This document shows, piece by piece, positions 36,147-46,740 of a DNA stretch of 63,019 nt. The stretch comes from Bacillota bacterium. GTDB taxonomy: Bacteria; Bacillota; Dethiobacteria; DTU022. Below the pieces are notes generated by a model that worked only from the letters and a program-made list of their open reading frames with translations, was not told the origin of the DNA and did not search any database. Location: positions 1-63,019 of the forward strand of contig JAAZIN010000098.1 in NCBI GenBank assembly GCA_012800855.1, in the 5' to 3' direction. The translations under genes and the position numbers were made by a program. Positions within the stretch are counted from its first letter, which is position 1. Each line of letters opens with the position of its first letter.

Positions 36147-37664
36147 TTGGGGAAAATGATGCTGGAGGAGCTGCTGAAGCCGCTGCTAATAAAAAGCGTG
36201 GAAGGAGAGATTGACGGCGAGGTCTGCGCACTGGCCTGTCACAGCAAAAAAGTGAAGCCGGGAGCCCTTTTCTTCTCTCTGGAAGGGCGCCGCGGGAAGG
36301 GCTGGCAATATGCCGAAGAGGCCTTTCAAAGGGGGGCCCTGGCCGCGGTGGTGGAGCGCGACTGCCCCCTCAGGGGCCGCCCCCTGGTGCGCGTTCCCGA
36401 GGTGAGGCCGGCCCTGGCCCTGCTGGCGGATCGCTTTTACGGCTGCCCCTCCCGCCATTTCCGCCTCATCGGGGTAACGGGGACCAACGGCAAGACGACG
36501 ACAACGCACCTCATCGACGCGCTCTTCCGGGCACGGGGCGAAGTTACGGGGCTGCTGGGGACGATCGGCTGCCGGCTGGGGGCTGAAACGCTGCCGGCCA
36601 CGGCGACGACGCCGGAGCCGCCCGAGCTGCAGGAGATGATGGCCCGGCTTTCCGCCATGGGCGCCGGGCATGTGACCATGGAGGTTTCCTCCCACGCCCT
36701 GGCCCAGGACCGGGTCCTCGGCTGCCGCTTCGATGTGGCCGTGCTCACCAATATTACCGGCGATCATCTCGACTTCCACAAGACCTTTGCCTCCTACCTG
36801 CGGGCAAAGGCGAAGCTTTTTGCCCACCTGGGATGGGGCGGCGACGAGGAAGGGAGGCCGCAGGTGGCGGTGCTCAATGCCGATTCGCGCTGCTACCGCT
36901 ATATCAGGAGATGGACGCAGGGGCAGTGCCTCACTTACGGGATCAACGCGCCGGCCGATGTGCGGGCCGAGGATATACGCTGCACCGCGGCGGGGATCTC
37001 CTTCCGCGCCGTTACCTTCGCGGGGAGCGAGCGTTTCCGGCTCCCCCTGAAGGGAAGGTTTAACGTTTACAATAGCCTGGCCGCCATCTCCGTGGGACTG
37101 GTGGAAGGATTTAAGCTGTCAGAAATGGCGGCAATATTTGACTCTTTCCCGGGCGTGCCCGGTCGCTTTGAGGCGGTGGAGGCGGGGCAGGAATACGCCG
37201 TCCTCGTTGATTATGCCCACACCCCCGACGGCCTGGCCAATGCCCTGCAGGCGGCGCGCGAGCTCAGCCCGGGGCGGGTCATCACCGTCTTCGGATGCGG
37301 CGGCGAGCGCGATCGCAGCAAGCGGGCCCTCATGGGCGAGGCCGCCGGCGCGTACAGCGACCTGGCCATCCTCACCGATGACAACCCCCGCGGCGAGGAT
37401 CCGGCGCAGATCTATGCCGACGTGCTGCCGGGGCTGGAGCGCCGCCCCCCAGCCGAAGGTTACCGCGTCATACCCGATCGCCGGGAGGCCATCGCCGCGG
37501 CGCTTGCCGCCGCGCGGTCCGGCGACCTGGTCCTCATTGCGGGAAAGGGGCATGAAGCGGAGCAGATCTACGGCGACCGCAGCTATCCCTTTGACGACCG
37601 GGCGGTGGCGCGCGAACTAATAAGGGAACAGCTGGGAAGGGAAGCGAAAGCTTATGTCCATTAG
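36147..37664 (+). CDS. murE: UDP-N-acetylmuramoyl-L-alanyl-D-glutamate--2,6-diaminopimelate ligase
   Basis: Mur ligase P-loop GVTGTNGKTTT and the DAP-specificity motif DNPRGED. Confidence 0.9.
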   Translation: MGKMMLEELLKPLLIKSVEGEIDGEVCALACHSKKVKPGALFFSLEGRRGKGWQYAEEAFQRGALAAVVERDCPLRGRPLVRVPEVRPALALLADRFYGCPSRHFRLIGVTGTNGKTTTTHLIDALFRARGEVTGLLGTIGCRLGAETLPATATTPEPPELQEMMARLSAMGAGHVTMEVSSHALAQDRVLGCRFDVAVLTNITGDHLDFHKTFASYLRAKAKLFAHLGWGGDEEGRPQVAVLNADSRCYRYIRRWTQGQCLTYGINAPADVRAEDIRCTAAGISFRAVTFAGSERFRLPLKGRFNVYNSLAAISVGLVEGFKLSEMAAIFDSFPGVPGRFEAVEAGQEYAVLVDYAHTPDGLANALQAARELSPGRVITVFGCGGERDRSKRALMGEAAGAYSDLAILTDDNPRGEDPAQIYADVLPGLERRPPAEGYRVIPDRREAIAAALAAARSGDLVLIAGKGHEAEQIYGDRSYPFDDRAVARELIREQLGREAKAYVH

Positions 37665-39042
37665 GGGAACGGATTTGCTCGAAGCCTGCCGGGGCGAGCT
37701 GCTGCAGGGAGACCCGCAGCAGGTCCTGGCCGGCTTCTCCATCGACTCCCGGACCATCCGGAGGGGCGAATTCTTTGTCCCCCTGCGCGGCGAGAAGGAG
37801 GACGGGCATGACTACGTCCCCGCTGCCGTGGCCGCCGGGGCGGCCGGCTCCTTTTACGCCCGGCGCCCACTGCCCGCGCTGCCGCCGCAGGCGCTCATCA
37901 TCGGCGTCCCCGATGTGCTGCAGGCGCTGCAGCAGGCGGCGGCCTACCACCGGCGCCGCTTCCGCATTCCCGTCATCGGCGTCACCGGGAGCAGCGGCAA
38001 GACCACGACCAAGGATTTCATTCACGGCGTTCTCTCCGGCGCCATGAAGGTTTTGAAGACCGAGGGGAACCTGAACAACGAGATCGGCCTCCCCCTGACC
38101 CTGCTGCGGCTGGACGTGAGCTGCCGGGCGGCGGTGCTGGAGATGGGCATGAGCGCCCCGGGCGAGATTGCCGCGCTGGCGAAGTGGGCCGCGCCCAACA
38201 TAGGTGTGATCACCAACATCGGCACGGCCCACCTGGAGATGCTCGGCAGCGTGGAGGCCATAGCCGCGGCGAAGGCGGAGCTGCTACAGGCCCTTGGCCC
38301 TCAGGGCATCGCCGTCCTCAACGGCGACGATGCGCGCCTGCGGGAGATGGCGGCGCGCTTTGAAGGGAAGGCCTACACCTACGGCTTTGAGCACGGCGAT
38401 TTCCGGGCCGTGGCCTGGACGAGGCAGGGGGAGAGCAGTATATTCAGGGTGCGCTTCCCCGGCGGCGAGGAGGCCGCCTTTACCCTGCTCCGGCCCGGCA
38501 GGCACCTGGTCAGCAATGCCCTGGCCGCCATTGCCGTGGGCTGGCTGCTGGGGGTGAGCCCGGATCAGATGCAGGCGGCGCTGGCCGGCATTGAAATGAC
38601 CCCCGGGCGCCTGCAGCTGCTGGAAAGCCCCGCCGGCTGGAAGATTATCGACGACAGTTACAACGCCAATCCCGACTCCGTCAGGGCGGCGCTGGAGGTG
38701 CTCCGCGACCTGGGCGGGGCCCAGTCTGTTGCCGTGCTGGGGGACATGCTTGAGCTCGGCCCGGGGGGCCCGGAGGCGCACCGCGAGATAGGCCGCTTCG
38801 CCGCCCGCGCCCGCATTGGGGCGCTGGTTGCCGTGGGCGAGCTGGGGGCGGAGATTGCCGCGGGGGCCGCCGCGGAAGGCCTTCCGGCCGTGGCCTGCCG
38901 CAGCCACGCGGAAGCCCTGGAGGCGGTAAAAAAGATGCTGCCGCCGGAAAGCGCGGGATGGTATATATTGGTAAAAGGTTCGCGGGGCATGCGCATGGAA
39001 AACATTGTGCAGGGATTAATGGAGATGCGGGAGGGAGATTGA
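37654..39042 (+). CDS. murF: UDP-N-acetylmuramoyl-tripeptide--D-alanyl-D-alanine ligase
   Basis: P-loop GVTGSSGKTTT and the MurF-type C-terminal domain. It overlaps the murE stop. Confidence 0.9.
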   Translation: MSIRGTDLLEACRGELLQGDPQQVLAGFSIDSRTIRRGEFFVPLRGEKEDGHDYVPAAVAAGAAGSFYARRPLPALPPQALIIGVPDVLQALQQAAAYHRRRFRIPVIGVTGSSGKTTTKDFIHGVLSGAMKVLKTEGNLNNEIGLPLTLLRLDVSCRAAVLEMGMSAPGEIAALAKWAAPNIGVITNIGTAHLEMLGSVEAIAAAKAELLQALGPQGIAVLNGDDARLREMAARFEGKAYTYGFEHGDFRAVAWTRQGESSIFRVRFPGGEEAAFTLLRPGRHLVSNALAAIAVGWLLGVSPDQMQAALAGIEMTPGRLQLLESPAGWKIIDDSYNANPDSVRAALEVLRDLGGAQSVAVLGDMLELGPGGPEAHREIGRFAARARIGALVAVGELGAEIAAGAAAEGLPAVACRSHAEALEAVKKMLPPESAGWYILVKGSRGMRMENIVQGLMEMREGD

Positions 39043-39046
39043 GCCG

Positions 39047-40009
39047 TTGCCGAAGACTGTTTTCTTAACCGCCCTCATCGCTTTTGCCGTCAGTGTCCTT
39101 TTCTGCCCCTTTTATATCGCCCTGCAGCGGCGGCGGCAGTTTGGGCAGCAGGTGCGGGCCGATGGCCCCTCCCGCCACCTGAAAAAGGCGGGGACGCCCA
39201 CCGCCGGCGGCGTGGTTTTTCTTGCCGCCGCCACGGTGGCGCTCCTGCTGCGGGGGAATTTCAGCCCGCGCCTCTGGATGGCCCTTTTGCTGGCCCTGGG
39301 CAGCGCCCTCATCGGCTGGCTCGACGACTATGCCAAGATGGCGCACGGCCGCTCGCTGGGCTTAAAGGCGCGCAGCAAGATTGCCGGGCAGGCCCTGCTG
39401 ACCGTCCTCTTCACCGGGCTGCTCTATCTCTCGGGGAATTACAATCCCGTGGTGGAGCTGCCCTTTGCCGGGACAGCCCTTGACCTGGGCTGGCTTTATC
39501 CCTTCTTCATCTTTTTAATCATTCTCTCCACCACGAATGCCGTCAACCTAACCGACGGCATCGACGGGCTGGCCACGGGGGCGGCGATCATCTCCCTGCT
39601 GGCCTTTCTCTACATCGCCCTGGAAAGCGGCCTGGTTGACCTGGCCCTCTTCTGCGGGGCGCTGGTGGGGGGCTGCTTCGGCTTCTTAATCTACAACCTC
39701 CACCCGGCTCGCATCTTCATGGGAGACGTGGGTTCGCTGGGGCTGGGCGGCGCCCTGGCCGCGGCGGCCATTCTGGCCAAGGCGGAGCTCTCCCTGGTGG
39801 TGATTGGGGGTCTGTATGTAATCGAGGCGCTCTCGGTGATCCTGCAGGTGCTCAGCTTCCAGCTTACCGGGCGCCGCATATTCCTCATGGCCCCGCTGCA
39901 CCATCATTTCGAGCTTAAGGGATGGAGCGAGTGGCAGGTGGTCACCGCCTTTTGGGCCCTGGCCTTTATCTTTGCCCTCATCGGGCTCCTGGAGTGGCGG
40001 CCCTGGTGA
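39047..40009 (+). CDS. mraY: phospho-N-acetylmuramoyl-pentapeptide transferase
   Basis: MraY motifs: KKAGTPTAGG, NAVNLTDGIDGLA, MGDVGSLGLGG, HHHFE. Confidence 0.9.
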   Translation: MPKTVFLTALIAFAVSVLFCPFYIALQRRRQFGQQVRADGPSRHLKKAGTPTAGGVVFLAAATVALLLRGNFSPRLWMALLLALGSALIGWLDDYAKMAHGRSLGLKARSKIAGQALLTVLFTGLLYLSGNYNPVVELPFAGTALDLGWLYPFFIFLIILSTTNAVNLTDGIDGLATGAAIISLLAFLYIALESGLVDLALFCGALVGGCFGFLIYNLHPARIFMGDVGSLGLGGALAAAAILAKAELSLVVIGGLYVIEALSVILQVLSFQLTGRRIFLMAPLHHHFELKGWSEWQVVTAFWALAFIFALIGLLEWRPW

Positions 40010-40029
40010 GGGAGGGGAGTTGTTTCCCG

Positions 40030-41424
40030 TTGATTGATCTCATTCGCGGACAAAGCGTCGTCGTCGTCGGCCTGGCCCGCAGCGGCAGCGCCGCCGCGGC
40101 CCTGCTGGCGGAGAAGGGGGCCGCGCGGGTCATTGTTACCGACAGCCGCCCCGCCGCCGCGCTGCAGGAGCAGCTGGCGGCCCTGAAAAAGTACGGGCAG
40201 GTGGAGGCGGTAACGGGAGGCAATCCCCCGGAGCTCATCTCCCCCGGGGTCAGCCTGGTCGTCAAAAGCCCCGGCGTTCCCCCGGGGCTGGAGCTCTTTA
40301 AACGGGCGGCGGAGCTGCAGATCCCGGTTTTATCCGAGGTGGAGCTGGCATATGCTTTTATGAAGGCTCCCATCATCGGGATCACCGGGACCAACGGCAA
40401 GACCACGACCACCGCCTTGCTGGCGGAGATCCTTAAAGAGGCGCGCTTTAACGGGGCCGTGGCCGCCGGCAACATCGGCCTGCCGCTCTGCGCGGCCGTG
40501 GAGCAGGTGGGCCCGGGCGGGGCGGTGGCGGCGGAGCTGAGCAGCTTCCAGCTTGCCGATATCCGGGATTTCAGGCCGGCGGTGGGCGTGTTCTTAAATT
40601 TTGGAGAGGATCACCTGGACTATCACGGCAGCCTGGAGAGCTACTTCCGGGCCAAGGCGCGGCTTTTTGAAAACCAGCGGGAGGGCGATTTTGCCGTGCT
40701 CAACGCCGCCGACCCCGCCGTGAGCCGGCTTCAGGAGGAGCTGCGGGCGGAGCTGCTCTGGTTTGCCCGCGGCCCCGTGGAGCGCGGCGCCGGCATCGAA
40801 GGAGGAGAGCTGGCCCTCTTCAAGGGGGGGCGGAAGGTGGCTTCTCTCTGCCCGGTGAAGGAGCTGGCCCTGCCGGGCGAGCATAACCAGGAAAATGCCC
40901 TCGCCGCCGCGGCGGCAGCCTGGGCGGCAGGCGTGCCGCCACAGGCCATCGGCCGGGTGCTGAGGCGCTTCAAGGGCTTCCCCCACCGCCTCGAGTTTGT
41001 CGCCGAGATCGGGGGGGTGGAGTTCATCAACGACTCCAAGGGCACCAACCCCGCGGCGGTGATCAAGGCGCTGCGCTCATTTCCTGGGAAAAGGAAGATC
41101 CTCCTTGCCGGAGGCAGGGATAAGGGGAGCGATTTTTCAGAGCTGGCGGAGGTTATCAAGGAGGAGGTCAGTTACCTGGTTCTCTTCGGGGAGTCCAGGG
41201 CCAAGCTGGCCCGCGCCGCTGCCGAAGCGGGCTTTGCCGCCTGCCGGGAGGTGGCTACGCTGGAGGAGGCGGTGGAAGAGGCCTGGTCCCGCGCCCGGCC
41301 GGGGGATATGGTCATTCTCTCGCCGGCCTGCACCAGCTGGGATGCCTTTCCCGATTACGAGGCCCGGGGGAACCGCTTCAAGGAACTGGTCCTCCGGCTG
41401 CGCGAAAAAGAGGGCGGAGCATGA
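40030..41424 (+). CDS. murD: UDP-N-acetylmuramoylalanine--D-glutamate ligase
   Basis: Rossmann motif GLARSG and P-loop GITGTNGKTTT. The start is set at TTG 40030 after a GGAGGGG RBS; the upstream part of the track ORF overlaps mraY. Confidence 0.9.
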   Translation: MIDLIRGQSVVVVGLARSGSAAAALLAEKGAARVIVTDSRPAAALQEQLAALKKYGQVEAVTGGNPPELISPGVSLVVKSPGVPPGLELFKRAAELQIPVLSEVELAYAFMKAPIIGITGTNGKTTTTALLAEILKEARFNGAVAAGNIGLPLCAAVEQVGPGGAVAAELSSFQLADIRDFRPAVGVFLNFGEDHLDYHGSLESYFRAKARLFENQREGDFAVLNAADPAVSRLQEELRAELLWFARGPVERGAGIEGGELALFKGGRKVASLCPVKELALPGEHNQENALAAAAAAWAAGVPPQAIGRVLRRFKGFPHRLEFVAEIGGVEFINDSKGTNPAAVIKALRSFPGKRKILLAGGRDKGSDFSELAEVIKEEVSYLVLFGESRAKLARAAAEAGFAACREVATLEEAVEEAWSRARPGDMVILSPACTSWDAFPDYEARGNRFKELVLRLREKEGGA

Positions 41425-42524
41425 AAAAAGAGCAGCTTCATGATCCCGATTATGCGCTGATCCTGGTCATCTTCCTGCTGCTGGGCATCGGCCTGGTCAT
41501 GGTTTTCAGCGCCAGCTATATCATCGCCGAGGAAAGCTACGGCGACCCCTACTATTTCCTGCGGCGGCAGGTGCTCTGGGTGCTGCTGGGCCTGGCGGCG
41601 ATGTACCTGGTCTCGCGGGTAAACTACTGGAAGCTGCGGCGCCTCTCGCTTTTCCTGCTCCTGCTAAGCTTTTTCCTGCTGGGCCTGGTCTATACGGGAC
41701 TGGGCACCGACCTGGGCACCGGGGCCAGGCGCTGGCTGGACTTCGGCGCCTTCACCTTCCAGCCGGCCGAGCTCTCCAAGCTGGCGCTGGTTCTTTTTGC
41801 GGCGGCCTTTATGAGCAGCCGCAGCATCAGGATGGAGCGCTTCTGGTCGAGCAGCTTTGTCCCGCTGCTGCTGGCGGGGCTTTCCTTCGCCCTTGTGGTG
41901 AGCCAGCCCGACCTGGGCAGCGCCCTGATCCTGCTTGCCGGAACGGGCGTCATCGTCCTGCTGGCGGGGATGCCCTTCAAGCAGGTGTTAGGGCTGGCCC
42001 TCATTTCCGTGCCCGCCCTGGTGGCGGTGACCATAAAAAAGCCCTACCGCCTGCAGCGGCTGTTATCCTTTGCCGATCCCTGGGCCGATCCCACCGGCAG
42101 CGGCTATCACATCATCCAGTCGCTCTACGCCCTGGGACCGGGGCATCTTTTCGGGGTGGGCCTGGGGCGGAGCCGGCAGAAGCTTTACTACCTGCCCTTT
42201 CCGCACAATGACTTTATCTTCGCCGTCATCGGCGAAGAGCTGGGCTTTGTGGGAGCCACGGCGGTGCTGCTGCTCTTTTTTGTGCTGGTCTGGCGGGGGT
42301 TGAAGATAGCGCTCACCGCGCCCGACACTTTCGGCTGCCTGCTGGCGGCCGGCATCACCGCCACGCTGGCGCTGCAGGTGATCATCAACGTGGGCATGGT
42401 TACGGGAACGCTGCCGGTGACGGGGATCAACCTGCCGCTCATCAGCGCCGGCGGCAGCTCGGTGTTTTTCAACCTCTTGAGCCTGGGCATCCTGCTGAAC
42501 ATTTCGCGGCACTGCCACCGGTAG
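41421..42524 (+). CDS. ftsW: SEDS-family peptidoglycan polymerase FtsW/SpoVE
   Basis: 10-TM SEDS protein with FQPAELSKLALV and LPFPHNDFIFAVIGEELG motifs. The start overlaps the murD stop. Confidence 0.9.
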   Translation: MKKEQLHDPDYALILVIFLLLGIGLVMVFSASYIIAEESYGDPYYFLRRQVLWVLLGLAAMYLVSRVNYWKLRRLSLFLLLLSFFLLGLVYTGLGTDLGTGARRWLDFGAFTFQPAELSKLALVLFAAAFMSSRSIRMERFWSSSFVPLLLAGLSFALVVSQPDLGSALILLAGTGVIVLLAGMPFKQVLGLALISVPALVAVTIKKPYRLQRLLSFADPWADPTGSGYHIIQSLYALGPGHLFGVGLGRSRQKLYYLPFPHNDFIFAVIGEELGFVGATAVLLLFFVLVWRGLKIALTAPDTFGCLLAAGITATLALQVIINVGMVTGTLPVTGINLPLISAGGSSVFFNLLSLGILLNISRHCHR

Positions 42525-42549
42525 GGAATTAGAAAGGAGGGAACAGCCG

Positions 42550-43653
42550 GTGCGCATGATCATAACCGGGGGTGGGACAGGCGGTCATATCTACCCCGCC
42601 CTGACGCTGGCACGTTATGCCAAAGCGCAGGACCCTGCCGTGGAGATCCTCTTCGTGGGCAGCGAGAGAGGCCTGGAGAAGAAAATCGTGCCGGCGGCGG
42701 GCTTCGCCATGGAGACTATTCCCGCCAGCGGCTTCGGGGGCAGCCTGCGCCGGCTGGGCTCCTTTAGCCGCGATCTCTGGCGGGGGCTGCAGCGGGCGCG
42801 GCGCCTCATGGCCTCTTTCCGGCCGGATGTGGTTTTCGGCACCGGCGGCTACGTGGCCGCCCCGGTAATTCTCGCCGCCCGGCTGGCGGGGCGGCCGGCG
42901 GCGTTGCATGAGCAGAACGCCGTCCCGGGTCTGGCCAACCGCATGCTGGCGCCGCTGGTGCAGCTGGTCTGCCTCTCCTTCGAGGAGTCGCGCGACGCAT
43001 TTCCCCGCCGCAGCAGGACCGCCTTTACCGGCAATCCCCGGGCCAGCGAGGTGGCGGCCGTGGATCGCGCCGCCGCGCAGGAGCGGCTGCGGCTCGATCC
43101 CTCCCTGAAGACGATCGTGGCTTACGGAGGCAGCCGGGGGGCCTTGCGAATTAACGAGGTCATGGTTGAATTTCTCAAGGCGGGCTGGCTCCCGCCGGGG
43201 ATGCAGCTGATTTACGTTACCGGTGACATCTACTACCGGCGGGTTAAGGAGGAGCTGGGGCTGCTGCCCGGCCGGGTGCAGCTCTATCCCTACCTGGAGG
43301 AGATGCCCCTGGCCCTGGCGGCGGCGGACCTGGTCATAACCCGTGCCGGGGCCACCACCCTGGCGGAGATCACCGCCCTGGGGCTGCCGGCCATTCTCGT
43401 GCCCTCGCCCAACGTGGCCAACAACCACCAGTATTACAATGCCCGCCTCCTGGAGCGGGCCGGGGCGGCGCTGCTCATCGAGGAGAAAAATTTCCATCCC
43501 TACCGCCTGCGCCGCGAGCTGGAGAAGCTGCGAGCCGAGCCGGCTCTGCTGGAGCGGATGGCCCGTGCCGGGGCGAAGCTGGCCGTTCCCGATGCCGCTG
43601 CGCGGGTTTACCGCTGCCTCTGCCAGCTGGCGGAGCGGGGCCGGGAAAACTAG
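42550..43653 (+). CDS. murG: undecaprenyldiphospho-muramoylpentapeptide beta-N-acetylglucosaminyltransferase
   Basis: GGGTGGHIYPAL N-terminal loop and the C-terminal ITRAGATTLAEI motif. Confidence 0.9.
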   Translation: MRMIITGGGTGGHIYPALTLARYAKAQDPAVEILFVGSERGLEKKIVPAAGFAMETIPASGFGGSLRRLGSFSRDLWRGLQRARRLMASFRPDVVFGTGGYVAAPVILAARLAGRPAALHEQNAVPGLANRMLAPLVQLVCLSFEESRDAFPRRSRTAFTGNPRASEVAAVDRAAAQERLRLDPSLKTIVAYGGSRGALRINEVMVEFLKAGWLPPGMQLIYVTGDIYYRRVKEELGLLPGRVQLYPYLEEMPLALAAADLVITRAGATTLAEITALGLPAILVPSPNVANNHQYYNARLLERAGAALLIEEKNFHPYRLRRELEKLRAEPALLERMARAGAKLAVPDAAARVYRCLCQLAERGREN

Positions 43654-43704
43654 CATAAAGGGATGCTCGCGCATAGAATAAATTACCTGATGGAGGACTG
43701 AACT

Positions 43705-44604
43705 TTGAACCTGGAACAGGAATTAAGCCGGATCTTGCGCGGCGGATATAAGAAAGACGAACCCATGTCTCTACATACTTCCTGGCGGGTCGGCGGGCCT
43801 GCTGATTACTACCTCTACCCGGCGGACAGGGAGGAGTTGAAAGAGATTGTTCGCTTGCAGAGGCGCGCCGGTTTGCCCCTCTTCGTACTGGGCAACGGCA
43901 CCAACCTGCTGGTGCGTGACGGCGGCATCCGCGGCCTGGTGGTGCATATCGGCGAGCCCTTCAACTACATCCGCCGGGAAGGGGTGATGCTGCGCGCCGG
44001 TGCGGGGACGCCGCTGACCCTTCTGGCCCAGAGGGCGGCCGAAGAGGGGTTGCGCGGCCTCGGCTTTGCCGCCGGCATACCCGGTTCGCTGGGCGGCGCC
44101 CTGGTGATGAACGCCGGCGCATTTGGCGGCTACATCGGGCCGCTGGTGGCGGAGGTGGTGATCATCTCTCCCGAGGGCGAGGAGGTCAGGCTGGCGCCGG
44201 AAGACATTGTTTTCGGCTACCGGCAGAGCAATCTTTCCGGCAGGGGCATCATCGTGGAGGCCCTGCTCAAGCTGAAGGAGGGCGATGCGGAGGCCCTGAA
44301 GGAAGAGGTGGCCTGCTACCAGGCCGAAAGAAGGCGCCGGCACCCCACGCAGCCCAGTGCCGGCAGCGTATTTCGCAACCCTCCCGGGAACCCCGCCGGC
44401 CGCCTGGTTGAAGCTGCGGGAGGCAAGGGTCTCTCCATCGGCGCTGCCAGGGTCTCGGAGAAGCACGCCAACTTTATTGTCAACATGGGCGGCGCCTCCG
44501 CCCGCGACATCGAGGCCTTGATCGAGCTGGTGCGCCAGCGGGTCAAGGAGAAATTTGGGGTGGAGCTGGAGACCGAGGTCCGGATCGTCGGCGAAGAGAG
44601 ATAA
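43705..44604 (+). CDS. murB: UDP-N-acetylenolpyruvoylglucosamine reductase
   Basis: FAD-binding GNGTNLL and the active-site region PSAGSVFRNP. Confidence 0.9.
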   Translation: MNLEQELSRILRGGYKKDEPMSLHTSWRVGGPADYYLYPADREELKEIVRLQRRAGLPLFVLGNGTNLLVRDGGIRGLVVHIGEPFNYIRREGVMLRAGAGTPLTLLAQRAAEEGLRGLGFAAGIPGSLGGALVMNAGAFGGYIGPLVAEVVIISPEGEEVRLAPEDIVFGYRQSNLSGRGIIVEALLKLKEGDAEALKEEVACYQAERRRRHPTQPSAGSVFRNPPGNPAGRLVEAAGGKGLSIGAARVSEKHANFIVNMGGASARDIEALIELVRQRVKEKFGVELETEVRIVGEER

Positions 44605-44624
44605 ATGGACGGGAGTGGAGTGGC

Positions 44625-45902
44625 GTGAGCAAGTATGTCGTTCGGGGAGGTCGCCCTCTTGCGGGTAAGATAAAAGTACATGGAGCCAAGAATTCCATTT
44701 TGCCGGTGCTGGCCGCCTCCTTGTTAAACAAAACGGGAGAGCAGATCCGCCTGCAGAAGGTCCCCTCGCTCTACGATGTCCGGGCCATGATTTCCATCCT
44801 CACCGGCCTGGGGGCTAGGGTGGAGCGAGACGGGGAGGACCTGCTCCTGCAGACGGAAAACGTGGACTGCTACCATGTCCCCGATGCCCTGATGCGGGAG
44901 ATGCGCTCGAGCATCTTTCTCATGGGACCTCTGCTGGGCCGGCTGGGCCGGGCCCGGCTCTGCTACCCGGGGGGCTGCGCCATCGGCAAGCGCCCCATCA
45001 ACCTGCATCTCGACGGCCTGCGGGCCTTGGGCGCCGTGATCGAGGAAAAAGACGGCTACATTGAAGCGCAGGGGCGGCTTCGCGGCGGCGTGGTCAACCT
45101 GGCCTATCCCAGCGTGGGGGCCACGGAAAACCTCATCCTTGCCGCGGCCACGGCACCGGGCGAGACGATCATCCGCAACGCCGCCTGCGAACCCGAGATT
45201 GTGGATTTGCAGAAATTTTTGAACATACTTGGCGCCGAGGTGAAGGGGGCCGGCACCCCGGAGATAAGGATCAAGGGGGTCCCCAGCCTTCACGGCGGCA
45301 GCTTCAGCGTCTTCCCCGATCGCATCGTCGCCGGCACCTATCTCCTGGCGGGAGCGATTACCGGCGGCTGCGTCACCGTGGAAGAGGTTATCCCGGAGCA
45401 TCTCGAGGCGCTGCTGCGGCTGCTTGACCGGGCCGGCGCCTCTGTGAAGGTGGAAGGAAGCTCGGTTACGGTCAGCGCCGGACGGCTGAAAGCCCTTCCC
45501 AGGGTGGAGACCAACCCCTATCCCGGCTTTCCCACGGACCTGCAGCCTCCGCTGGTCGCCTGCCTCACCCTGGCCAACGGCAGCAGCACCGTCATCGAGC
45601 ACGTGTTCAAGGGGCGCTTCCACCACGTGGCGGAGCTGCGCAAGATGGGGGCTCGCATTACCGTCCATGGCAACCGGGCCGTGATCAGCGGCGTTCCGGC
45701 GCTGAAGGGCGCCGTGGTGACGGCCACCGACTTGCGCGCCGGGGCGGCCCTGGTCCTGGCGGCGCTGGCCGCCAGGGGCGAAAGCCAGATCCTGGGGGTC
45801 AGGCATATCGAACGGGGCTACGAGCGGCTGCCGGAGGCGCTGCGCTCTCTCGGGGCCAGGATTTACCGGGTGGAGGGCATGGAGAAGGAGGCGATACCTT
45901 GA
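44625..45902 (+). CDS. murA: UDP-N-acetylglucosamine 1-carboxyvinyltransferase
   Basis: GAKNSILPVLAA N-terminus and the catalytic Cys loop YPGGCAIGKRPI. Confidence 0.9.
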   Translation: MSKYVVRGGRPLAGKIKVHGAKNSILPVLAASLLNKTGEQIRLQKVPSLYDVRAMISILTGLGARVERDGEDLLLQTENVDCYHVPDALMREMRSSIFLMGPLLGRLGRARLCYPGGCAIGKRPINLHLDGLRALGAVIEEKDGYIEAQGRLRGGVVNLAYPSVGATENLILAAATAPGETIIRNAACEPEIVDLQKFLNILGAEVKGAGTPEIRIKGVPSLHGGSFSVFPDRIVAGTYLLAGAITGGCVTVEEVIPEHLEALLRLLDRAGASVKVEGSSVTVSAGRLKALPRVETNPYPGFPTDLQPPLVACLTLANGSSTVIEHVFKGRFHHVAELRKMGARITVHGNRAVISGVPALKGAVVTATDLRAGAALVLAALAARGESQILGVRHIERGYERLPEALRSLGARIYRVEGMEKEAIP

Positions 45903-46645
45903 GAGGCCGCTCCCGCCTTAGCCTGGTGCAGCCCCGGGCCAGGAGGAGGCGCCGCCGCTTCCTGAAGGCCGCCGCCCTGCTTGTTGTCTTCCTGGGAGCG
46001 GGCCTGCTCCTCTTCAAGGCCGGGGAAGCCTGCTGCCGGGTGAAGGAGATTGCCGTCACCGGCAATGTGCGCCTCAGCAGCGCGGAGCTCATTGAGCAAA
46101 GCGGCATCCGGAAAGGGACAAGCCTGTTGCTGCTGCAAGACGATAGTATTGAACAGAAGCTTGCCCTCCTTCCCGAGGTCCGCGCCGTGGAGGTGAGGAG
46201 GCGCTTCCCCTCCACCGTGCAGATCACCGTGGAGGAGCGCACGGCAGCCGCCTCGCTGCTGGCGCAAAACCGCTTTTGGCTCCTTGACCGGGAAGGGGTT
46301 GTTTTTGCCGAGCAGGCCCACCCGGCGGAGAACCTGCCGGTGATTACCGGTGTTGAGGAGGACGAGCTAGGCATGGGGCAGGCCCTGGCCGGGGAGAAGG
46401 GTGCGGCCCTGCGCGTCTTCCTGGAGGCGCTGTCCCGGCTTCCCCTGCTGGAGCCGGCCGAGCTGAACCTCTCCGATCCCGCCGGCCTCGTTCTCTACAC
46501 CGGCGACGGCCGCAAGGTGCTGCTCGGGGACAGCGAGATGATAGAAGAGAAGCTGGCCCTGCTGCAGGCTTTTCTACAGGAGGGCGGGACCGGCCGCCTG
46601 CTCGACCTGCGCGCGGGGGATCGCCTCGTGGTGCTGGCCGAATAG
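45899..46645 (+). CDS. ftsQ: cell division protein FtsQ/DivIB
   Basis: Basic N-terminus, one TM helix, a POTRA-like segment (IAVTGNVRLSSAELIEQSGI) and an FtsQ-type C-terminal domain. It sits immediately upstream of ftsA. Confidence 0.8.
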   Translation: MRGRSRLSLVQPRARRRRRRFLKAAALLVVFLGAGLLLFKAGEACCRVKEIAVTGNVRLSSAELIEQSGIRKGTSLLLLQDDSIEQKLALLPEVRAVEVRRRFPSTVQITVEERTAAASLLAQNRFWLLDREGVVFAEQAHPAENLPVITGVEEDELGMGQALAGEKGAALRVFLEALSRLPLLEPAELNLSDPAGLVLYTGDGRKVLLGDSEMIEEKLALLQAFLQEGGTGRLLDLRAGDRLVVLAE

Positions 46646-46740
46646 GGCAGGGCGACAAATATTTGGTCCCGGAGGCAGAAAGGTGAAGGGGAATAAAGAA
46701 ACAATGTGGAATTGAAATGGAAGGGTAAAGGGGTGGAGAG